A stretch of DNA of 64,000 bases from an uncultured bacterium (GTDB lineage Bacteria; Bacteroidota; Ignavibacteria; OLB7), in the NCBI GenBank assembly GCA_966250335.1, contig CBINGZ010000024.1:10842-74841 (forward strand). Reading direction: 5' to 3'. Shown in pieces: positions 49,470 to 56,800 of the stretch (position 1 is its first letter; every line of letters starts with the position of its first letter). The notes under the pieces were generated by a model that had not been told where the DNA came from, did no database searches, and saw nothing but the letters and a program-made list of their open reading frames with translations. The translations under genes were made by a program, and so were the position numbers.

Positions 49470-49928
49470 ATGCTGATCCCAAGGATCCTGCTTGTCCTGC
49501 TGCTTGCCTTTACCGTTTCGGCATGCGGCGACGACGCCCCAACGGACGACGGTGGGAACAACAACGGCGGAACATTCAAGAACGAAACGAAGGGAACGGT
49601 CAACGGAGCGGAGTGGAGCGCCACGAACATCATTGCCACGCGCAACGATATGGGGGGACTGACCGTGCTGACGTTCACCGCGCACGGCGCTGCGGAGTCG
49701 CGGATCTCGTTCGGCATCGCGAACGCTTCGGTCCGGGCCTTCACCATCGACGGCGGGCCGGTCCAGGCCGATTACAGGTACCAGGGGAAGTCGTTCAAGG
49801 GGAACGGCGGCACGATCACCATCGAGGTCCTGACCGACAAGGGGATGCGGGGAAGCTTCACCGTCAGCGCGGCGACGACAGGGGGGGAGACGGGGAGCGC
49901 GAGCGGAACGTTCGACGTCGGTTTCTGA
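49470..49928 (+). CDS. Beta-rich lipoprotein, paralog of 23902-24378
   Basis: Lipobox VSA-C-GDD; VNGAEWSATN, GTITIE, GTFDVGF; ggagg RBS. Confidence 0.75.
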   Translation: MLIPRILLVLLLAFTVSACGDDAPTDDGGNNNGGTFKNETKGTVNGAEWSATNIIATRNDMGGLTVLTFTAHGAAESRISFGIANASVRAFTIDGGPVQADYRYQGKSFKGNGGTITIEVLTDKGMRGSFTVSAATTGGETGSASGTFDVGF

Positions 49929-49998
49929 GCCGATCCGCGGGTCCGGTGGAGCGAATACGGGGTTCCCTATCGCCGGACGCGCGGATCATTCAGTTTCA

Positions 49999-50511
49999 TT
50001 ATTCGACTTTTATATCGCCGTACGTTGTGTATTCCTCGGTCCCGCGGACGACCGCGATGAAGGCCCGATAGATGCCCGGCGTCAGGTCGGCGAGGTTGAA
50101 CTCTCTGACGTTCGTTCCTTCGGGCATGAACTCTTCCAGCAGAACCTTCTGGAGCTTCCCCGGAGCCGAGTCGAGCCAGATCCGCACCGAGTCGTCCTGT
50201 ACCAGAGCGAGTCGTATCGAGACCCGCTCCTGCACCGGATTGGGAATTGCAGGGCTGAGGGTCAGTCCCACCTGCGGCAGCGAGCGCCAGTCGTCCGAGG
50301 CGTCGCCGATCGTTCCCAGCAGCCTGCCGTCTTCCGCCGTGAGCTGAATCCCGGTGAACCCGGCCCTGGTAGTGTCGGTCGTATCTGTCGTGTCCGTCTT
50401 GTCGTACTTGATGGTCTCATAGTCGCAGCCCGTCATGGTCAGGAGCATGAAGGAGGCAAGAAGCAGCATGAGGATGATGAGTCCCGAGCGAGGCGATGTC
50501 GTTGTCTTCAT
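49999..50511 (-). CDS. Lipoprotein with T9SS-CTD-like C-terminal Ig fold
   Basis: Lipobox MTG-C; DTT repeats; PAIPNPVQ...LTPGIYRA. Confidence 0.7.
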   Translation of the reverse strand: MKTTTSPRSGLIILMLLLASFMLLTMTGCDYETIKYDKTDTTDTTDTTRAGFTGIQLTAEDGRLLGTIGDASDDWRSLPQVGLTLSPAIPNPVQERVSIRLALVQDDSVRIWLDSAPGKLQKVLLEEFMPEGTNVREFNLADLTPGIYRAFIAVVRGTEEYTTYGDIKVE

Positions 50512-50683
50512 GATAGGTGTTGTCCTGCTTCATTCGTGGTACGATCGATGCCTGTCGAGAGCATCCGTCACAAAGAGCGTGTCGATCCTTCATGACCCGA
50601 CACGACCGCCGAATATAATCTCCACGACTCTCTTGAACAGAACAATTGCGCGCGGCTGTTCCTGACGATCACGCAGGTGACGA

Positions 50684-51667
50684 TCACTCTCTCCCCGGCA
50701 TCTCGATCGAGATCACCTGGTCCAACCCTCGTTTGAATCCATCGGAATCGGATAATACTCGCGTCCTGGGCTCCACGAAGGGGAAGCGGAGCCCGCGGGC
50801 CCCTTCGTCCGGCGCCGTCGTTCCGTGACGGCGTACGATATGTTTATGGGATGTGGCCTCGGTATTGGTCGACATCTTCAGCAGAGGCGTCTTCACCTCC
50901 GCTATGCCGTGCAGCGCCGACCATTCGGCGGGCCAGGAGAGGACTTCCAGCAGCAGATCGACCTCCTCGGCGTAACCGAGCTCGCGCCCCAGATCGAGAA
51001 GTCGTCGCCCGAGCGCGGCGCTCCGTTCGCACGAGAGGCTGCAGGGGAGATGAGGGAGCGCACCGAGGCCGAGCCGGGCCAGCATGAAGTTCGTCTCGAC
51101 GGGACCGTCGATCTCCAGCGTCCGATCGTCGATCGCTTCCGGAGCGCTCGACAGCGCCGCCTGCCACATAGAGTCGACGGCGTCACATTCCTTCATGCCG
51201 CGATAGAATTCGACACAGCACGGCGGGTAGCCGAAGATCTCTCCCAGCGCCTCGACATCATCAGCTTCCCACGCCTCCCGGAGCCTCGGCAGAGTTTCGG
51301 CGCGGGCCACGGCGATATGGAAGAACATTGAGGCGGGATCATTCCCACGGTCGAAGAACGGTCCGCCGGAGAGGAGCTCCATTTCGAGCGGGAGCCCTTC
51401 CAGACCCGACTCCGCCCATCGTTGTCTGGCCGTGCTGAATGTCCCGAGCGACTCTGCGACGATCGCCCCTTCCCTGATGCCGTGCTCCACGGAGCGCCAT
51501 AGTATATCGCGCCATGCCGTCGTGATCCTTCGGAACCGGGGCTCCCAGATCCTCCGTGCCGTATCGCCGACCCAGCTTACACGGACGAAGGGGTGAAGAG
51601 AGAAGTCGAGCGTCTCGAGCTTCCGGAAGCGGGAGCTGCTCCCTGCGTCGATCGCGATATTCGTCAC
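50684..51667 (-). CDS. Unknown Cys-motif protein (DUF483-like), last gene of the RiPP operon
   Basis: GTG 51667 overlaps the rSAM stop (GTGA); 327 aa; motifs LGEIFGYPPCCVEFY, PHLPCSLSC, SWPAEWSALHGIAEVKTP. Confidence 0.75.
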   Translation of the reverse strand: MTNIAIDAGSSSRFRKLETLDFSLHPFVRVSWVGDTARRIWEPRFRRITTAWRDILWRSVEHGIREGAIVAESLGTFSTARQRWAESGLEGLPLEMELLSGGPFFDRGNDPASMFFHIAVARAETLPRLREAWEADDVEALGEIFGYPPCCVEFYRGMKECDAVDSMWQAALSSAPEAIDDRTLEIDGPVETNFMLARLGLGALPHLPCSLSCERSAALGRRLLDLGRELGYAEEVDLLLEVLSWPAEWSALHGIAEVKTPLLKMSTNTEATSHKHIVRRHGTTAPDEGARGLRFPFVEPRTRVLSDSDGFKRGLDQVISIEMPGRE

Positions 51668-52869
51668 AGCAGTTCCTCCGCCGGTTGAAGAGCAGTATCG
51701 TGAGCCGAGCCTTCCGTGACGCGACGCATCGCCTCGACGATCGGTATCGACATGCCGAACCGCCACCCGTCGAGCATCGCCTGTTCGACGGCGGGCCGGG
51801 AGGGGTGGAGCGAGAGGGGAAGGGAACCCGCGTCGAGGATCTCCTTCTCCAGCCGTTCGTAGAGTCCCATCCAGACATGGCAATGTTCGGAGCGGTTTCT
51901 CCAGTCCCCCTCCAGCGAGGTGCCGGGACAGTTCCCCTTGCACATCAGGAAGAACCGGCACTCCCGGCAGCCGAGATATTCCTGCGGTGTATGGTAGAGT
52001 GCGATGTATCGTTCGAACCCTTCGCTCTCCGACTTCACGAAGTCTATGCCGTCCTTGTTGGTGCGCCCGCAGTTGCTCCTCTGTCCGTTCCCCTCGATCC
52101 CCTGAACGGCTCTCGTGGTGTACGGATCGCAGCCGGCCCAGACGCATGAGCAGACTTCGTCGCGGCCGTGGAGAAGTCGGCGCATCTCCTGGAAGAGATC
52201 GAAGCGGAGCGTGGTGAGGCGCTCGTTCTCGAACATCAGGAACGACTCGAGCATGGCAAGATTTTCCTCCGGAGACATCGCGTACTTCTCCCGGATCGCC
52301 CCCTGTTCCACCTCCAGCAGATGGAGCCGCGCGGAGGTCACTCCCATGCGTTCGATCTCCAGCAGCCATTCGAACAGGAGCGGCAGCCGTTCCGGTGATC
52401 CGTTGCCTCGATGCATGGTGAGGATAAGGGCCGGAGGAATTCCCTCGGCGCAGAGTCGACGTATCGCATTGTGAGTCGCCTCGGTCGCGGCGCGCGTCCG
52501 CTCCAGCGTTCCCACCCATCGGACGTCGTTCAGCGCCCCGGGACCGTCCACCGATACCCCAACCTGGACGCCGTACGCCTTGAACATCCTGATATGTTCG
52601 TCGTTGACGAGCACGCCGTTGGTCTGTATCTGATTACGACCGAACCGCGAGTACCCCCACGACCAGAGCTCCTCAAGGTCCCGTTCCGGCACCAGCAGCG
52701 GCTCGCCGCCGAAGAGGGTGAACGGCTCCCCGGCCGCCTCGATCGCCCGCATGATCCCCGGAAGATCGTACTGATGGAGGACATTGGCCGCGTCGCGCTG
52801 CGGGTTCTGGTAGCAGTACTGGCACTGGATGTTGCATTTCACACCCAGGGGACGCACTTCGACGCTCAT
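51664..52869 (-). CDS. Radical SAM/SPASM domain enzyme (putative peptide maturase)
   Basis: CNIQCQYC, FGGEPLL, IQTNG, GVSVDGP; C-terminal Cys array including C-x2-C-x5-C-x3-C (CRECRFFLMCKGNC). Confidence 0.9.
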   Translation of the reverse strand: MSVEVRPLGVKCNIQCQYCYQNPQRDAANVLHQYDLPGIMRAIEAAGEPFTLFGGEPLLVPERDLEELWSWGYSRFGRNQIQTNGVLVNDEHIRMFKAYGVQVGVSVDGPGALNDVRWVGTLERTRAATEATHNAIRRLCAEGIPPALILTMHRGNGSPERLPLLFEWLLEIERMGVTSARLHLLEVEQGAIREKYAMSPEENLAMLESFLMFENERLTTLRFDLFQEMRRLLHGRDEVCSCVWAGCDPYTTRAVQGIEGNGQRSNCGRTNKDGIDFVKSESEGFERYIALYHTPQEYLGCRECRFFLMCKGNCPGTSLEGDWRNRSEHCHVWMGLYERLEKEILDAGSLPLSLHPSRPAVEQAMLDGWRFGMSIPIVEAMRRVTEGSAHDTALQPAEELL

Positions 52870-54857
52870 GGACGCTCCGCTGGTTGAAGTTCGTCGATCG
52901 TGTCGGGAGTGAACCGCTCCTCGGTCGACGGTTCGGCAGGTGGATCGAGAAGCGAGCCGACGGGGTTTCGCTCCAGCTTCTCCGGCGGCCGCACCAGCCT
53001 GCCGGTTTCGACCACCAGGGAGAGGGCCCGGCCTCCGTCGACGAGAATGTATCCCAGATCGACAAGTCCGTTGAATGTCGTCGTGTGATCCTTGTCGCTC
53101 TCCTCCGTCAGCTTCGCGAGCGTCCGTTCCACCTGCGCCGGCTCGCGGAACAGCTCGAGCATCCGCAGCTCATCGGGCTCCACGAACCTCCAGCGCTCGC
53201 GCGAGCAGAAGCGGGTATCCTTGATCGCGGCCAGCGGTCCGATATGGATCAGCATCAGGCAGGGGGGCTCTTCGCGATTGTCGGCGCGTCGTCGCCAGTT
53301 CGCGACCGCCTCGCGTATCGGCGCCACGTAATCCCCCGGATCGACGTCGGTGGGCGTGCCGTCGAAGAAGTAGGCGATCTCGGGAAGGAGGGAGGGATCG
53401 ATGTCGTGGATCACTCCGTAGGCCGGTGTCGGGACCACGTCGACGAAGCCGAGCCTGGCCGACTGTTCGTAGTAGGGACTGAAGCGGTCGAGCCGGACCT
53501 GCGATATTCCCGACGGAGGATCGAGATGTTCGAGCAGGAGCATCACCTCGGCCATTCTCCGATACTGTTCCCCGCGCTCCCCCGGAAATCCCCACAACAT
53601 GTTCCAGATCGATCGTATGCCGATCTCCTGACAGGTGCGCAGAAGCCGCACGTTCTGGAGCATCGACACCCCTTTCTCCATCAGGTTCAGGATATCGTCG
53701 TCCAGGCTCTCGATGCCGGGCTGAATCCACGTCACGCCGCCGCGCGCGATCTGCGTGAGCTGCTCGGCGGTCATGTTCGACTTGATCTCGTAGAAGAAGG
53801 TGAGCGGAGGAACCCGTTCGGCAAGGGGACGGAAGACCGTCTCCACATGCTGCATGTGCATGATGTTGTCTGCCGCCTCGAAGAGATCGACCCCCCATCG
53901 GGAATGGAGAGTATCGATCTCCTCAAGTATCCTGGCGGGAGATTTTACCCGGTAGGTCATTCCCTTGCCGTTCAACCCGCAGAATCGGCAGTGCTTCTTT
54001 GCTCCCCACCAGCAGCCGCGCGACGTCTCGAAGAGCATCCCCACATCCACGCGGTCGCGGTAGCTCATCAGCGAGAGGGTGCCGAAGTAGTCGTCGAAGC
54101 TGGGGATCGGAAGTTCGTCCAGGTCGGAGATGAATTCAATATCGCTGCTCGATCCGTTGAGTGAAATCGATACGGGGGGGAGGGAGATCGTGCGCCCTTC
54201 ATCCCCGCGTTCCCGCCTGAAGACCCCGACTCCGTCGCCCGGCGGAGAGTCACCCGCCAGAATGCGCTGAGCCGCATCGGGAAACGATCTGTCGGATTCT
54301 CCCGAGAAGACGTAGTCGATGAAGGGATAGGCCGTCAGCAGCGCCCGTCCCATCGGCCCTTCGCAGTTGGCGCCGCCGAAGCAGAGAACGACCCCGGGGT
54401 TGAACTCCTTCAGCCGTCGCGCGATCGCCAGCGACGCGCAGGTCTGCTGGAAGCTGCTGGAGAAGCCGACGATCTGGGCGCCGGAGTCGGCCAGCTTCCA
54501 TGCCGAGCGCTCGACGAACTCATCGGTCAGCTCGCGCAATTGCAGGACCTTCCTGAACCTGTCGGTTCCGAGATAACCTTCGAGCCATCGGATATACTCC
54601 CGTTCCCCGGCCGTTCCGCGCTCGCCGTTCAGCGTACGCGCGAAGGTCCACTCGCCGATGAGAAACTTGGTGGCTGTACGCTCCGCGATATATTCGGTGA
54701 TCTCTACTCCCGCCGTTTCGGCAAAGCGCATGTTGAGATATTCTATCCGCGTCGCGATTCCGAGCGCCTCCAGCGACCCCTTCAACGTGCTGACGCCGAG
54801 CGCGGGGCGCACCACCGACAGGTAGGGGGCCGTGACGAAGATGACGGAATCGCTCAT
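52866..54857 (-). CDS. Cobalamin-dependent RiPP maturation radical SAM C-methyltransferase (TIGR03975-like)
   Basis: True start ATG 54857 (ATGA overlap), 663 aa; RPALGVSTLK, B12-binding IVGFSSSFQQ...FGGANCEG, ETSRGCWWGAKKHCRFCGLNG (CX7CX2C), IQPGIESL, WNMLWGFPGE, RLDRFSPY. Confidence 0.9.
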   Translation of the reverse strand: MSDSVIFVTAPYLSVVRPALGVSTLKGSLEALGIATRIEYLNMRFAETAGVEITEYIAERTATKFLIGEWTFARTLNGERGTAGEREYIRWLEGYLGTDRFRKVLQLRELTDEFVERSAWKLADSGAQIVGFSSSFQQTCASLAIARRLKEFNPGVVLCFGGANCEGPMGRALLTAYPFIDYVFSGESDRSFPDAAQRILAGDSPPGDGVGVFRRERGDEGRTISLPPVSISLNGSSSDIEFISDLDELPIPSFDDYFGTLSLMSYRDRVDVGMLFETSRGCWWGAKKHCRFCGLNGKGMTYRVKSPARILEEIDTLHSRWGVDLFEAADNIMHMQHVETVFRPLAERVPPLTFFYEIKSNMTAEQLTQIARGGVTWIQPGIESLDDDILNLMEKGVSMLQNVRLLRTCQEIGIRSIWNMLWGFPGERGEQYRRMAEVMLLLEHLDPPSGISQVRLDRFSPYYEQSARLGFVDVVPTPAYGVIHDIDPSLLPEIAYFFDGTPTDVDPGDYVAPIREAVANWRRRADNREEPPCLMLIHIGPLAAIKDTRFCSRERWRFVEPDELRMLELFREPAQVERTLAKLTEESDKDHTTTFNGLVDLGYILVDGGRALSLVVETGRLVRPPEKLERNPVGSLLDPPAEPSTEERFTPDTIDELQPAERP

Positions 54858-55978
54858 AGGACGATCCTCCCGGCGGATGCCTCCGCGGGTTCGGCGCCGG
54901 CTGCGGGAATCGGTTCCCGCTCGATCGGAGGGGCAGGAGGTGTGAAGATGTCGAGAGCGCCGAGCACGGCGGCCTGCACGTTCAGCGACTGCATCTTCCC
55001 CGGCAGAGCCTTGTGAAGCAGCTCCACGTTGCGCGGGTTCCCGAACAGAACATCGCATGCGTTGCATATCCCGTCGAAATCGTCGTCGACGCAGGGACGC
55101 TCGGTTCCGGCCGTGATCTGCCGAAGCATCGCGACAGGCCCTTCGAACGCCAGCCACTGCATGACAGGGTCGGCGTAGGCGTTCCGGATCATCGTATCGA
55201 GGCTCTCCTTTCCCAGCTCGCCGATTCCCAGCCCATCGCGATACGGTATGACGCCGCAGCATGCAAGGACCTTGCCGTCCGGGTTGACGGAGAACTGACG
55301 GAGCATGGAGAGGCACGGTCCCTTGTACCCCCGTGCGCTGGCGCGGCGTCTCTCCATCTCCTCCTCGGATATGTTCTCGAGCGCACGCCCAGTGCTGTTG
55401 ATGAACGTTTCGTAGATATGGGCCTGGCCGCCTCCCCCTTCCGGCAGTCCGAGCAGACGGGCGATGTAGGCGCCGTCGATCCGCGTATCGGGTCCGACGA
55501 CGACGGCGATCTTCACCTCCAGCCCCAGTTCTTTCGCTGCGCGATATGCATGGACGACGCTGCTCTCCTTGAGGTATTCGGCGTGCTGGTCGTCGTACGA
55601 TATGGTCAGCCGTTCCAGACCGGCGGCGGCGAGCGGGGTCAGGAGGGAGAGGGCGCGCGCTTCGGTGGTGGCCCAGAACGCGCTGGTCACGACAGCGGAG
55701 CCGATGCCGTAGGAGCGTGCGTGACGGAAGGCGCGTTCCATGATATCGGGATGAAGGAACGGGTCCCCTCCGACGAAATCGAGTCGGCCGACGGAATCGA
55801 TACGCGCGGCGTCGTCGATCGCCGCCAGGATCTCCTCGGCCGAGAGATGCGCGATAAAGGTCATGTCGGAGCTGAAGCAGCAGTGGGAACAGCGCAGGGG
55901 ACAGCGATAGGTGATGTTGATCACAAGCTCCTGCGGAGAGATGCGGCTGGGGGAAGCAACGGTGCGTGATGTCGCCAT
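54854..55978 (-). CDS. Radical SAM enzyme, YydG/EpeE peptide epimerase-like
   Basis: CPLRCSHCCFSS, VTSAFWA, LTISYDDQHA, DGKVLACCG, FDGICNACDVLF parallel the B. subtilis YydG motifs as recalled (CxxxCDHCCFSS, NGFWG, LTISYDEYHA, DGEIYPCCS, FSSICGVCGSLF); ggagg RBS. Confidence 0.8.
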   Translation of the reverse strand: MATSRTVASPSRISPQELVINITYRCPLRCSHCCFSSDMTFIAHLSAEEILAAIDDAARIDSVGRLDFVGGDPFLHPDIMERAFRHARSYGIGSAVVTSAFWATTEARALSLLTPLAAAGLERLTISYDDQHAEYLKESSVVHAYRAAKELGLEVKIAVVVGPDTRIDGAYIARLLGLPEGGGGQAHIYETFINSTGRALENISEEEMERRRASARGYKGPCLSMLRQFSVNPDGKVLACCGVIPYRDGLGIGELGKESLDTMIRNAYADPVMQWLAFEGPVAMLRQITAGTERPCVDDDFDGICNACDVLFGNPRNVELLHKALPGKMQSLNVQAAVLGALDIFTPPAPPIEREPIPAAGAEPAEASAGRIVL

Positions 55979-56080
55979 TGGAAACGCTCCTCCATGAATA
56001 GTCGTGTAGGCGGCCGACGTCCTTCAAAACCCGGATCGGGACGGGCTCGTCACATGAATCGCGGGACGATCCGATCGAAA

Positions 56081-56113
56081 GGTCGTCACCCCACTGAAGG
56101 CGGGGTGACGACC
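56081..56113 (-). terminator. Stem-loop between precursor genes and maturase genes
   Basis: 12-bp perfect stem ggtcgtcacccc / ggggtgacgacc, 18 bp after the precursor 2 stop; only a short T-run follows on the minus strand. Confidence 0.65.
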
Positions 56114-56131
56114 ATATCGCAACCCGAATGA

Positions 56132-56371
56132 TCAGCCCACGTCGACGTGAACAATCGCCGACTGAGCGCCGGCGGCGTTCGCCGAAGCGAGCCTTTTCTG
56201 ATTGGCGTGGTTCCGGATCCTCTCGGCGGTCTCCGGATCGACTTCGATGCCCATATGAGCAAGCACCTCGTGCGGATCATTGGCGAGATCATCCAGGATG
56301 TTCTCACGATCCTTCAACGCGCCTGCTCTCTCATGGAGCGTCGCAGTGTCGGTGTCTATGACGATTCTCAT
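56132..56371 (-). CDS. Putative RiPP precursor peptide 2 (79 aa)
   Basis: aggagg RBS, ATG 56371; MRIVIDTDTATL...LANDPHEVLAHMGI...AQSAIVHVDVG; paralog of precursor 1. Confidence 0.85.
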   Translation of the reverse strand: MRIVIDTDTATLHERAGALKDRENILDDLANDPHEVLAHMGIEVDPETAERIRNHANQKRLASANAAGAQSAIVHVDVG

Positions 56372-56575
56372 TCGCTTGCCTCCTGCAATTGAGGTAGTGG
56401 CAGAGGGGGGATTCCGCTCCGTACGGTGCGGGCAATCCGATCCGCTGCCGGACGAGATATACGTCGGCTTTCGCGCGGAGGCGCCGAGACCGGCATGACC
56501 GGAATCGGTGAACACCGCGCGCAACGGTTCGGCGCGGGATCGACCCGACCGTTCGGCCGGATCTACCCGGTTCGA

Positions 56576-56800
56576 TCAGGCGTCGATATGAACGATGGAA
56601 GCCTGAACCGTTGAGTTCGACTTCGAGACGCCGGCATAATGGCGCAGAGCCTTTGCCGTTTCGTCATCGGCGGGGAGACCGAGCTGACGCAGCACACCGT
56701 GCGGGTCAACCGAGAGGCCTTCGAGAATGGAAGGATTGCTGCGGAGGCGTTCGCCGGCCAGTTCCAATGTTTCGACGTCGGTGTCGAGATTGAACTTCAT
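56576..56800 (-). CDS. Putative RiPP precursor peptide 1 (74 aa)
   Basis: aggag RBS; MKFNLDTDVETL...LSVDPHGVLRQLGL...VQASIVHIDA; first gene of the operon. Confidence 0.85.
   Translation of the reverse strand: MKFNLDTDVETLELAGERLRSNPSILEGLSVDPHGVLRQLGLPADDETAKALRHYAGVSKSNSTVQASIVHIDA

Noticed and set aside
50684-52519. 611-aa ORF
   Set aside because: The N-terminal 284 codons overlap the SPASM rSAM in another frame; the real gene starts at GTG 51667.
52866-56027. 1053-aa ORF as a single giant or fused rSAM
   Set aside because: The first ~390 aa are Arg-rich off-frame read-through over the epimerase gene; family similarity begins at the coupled ATG 54857.
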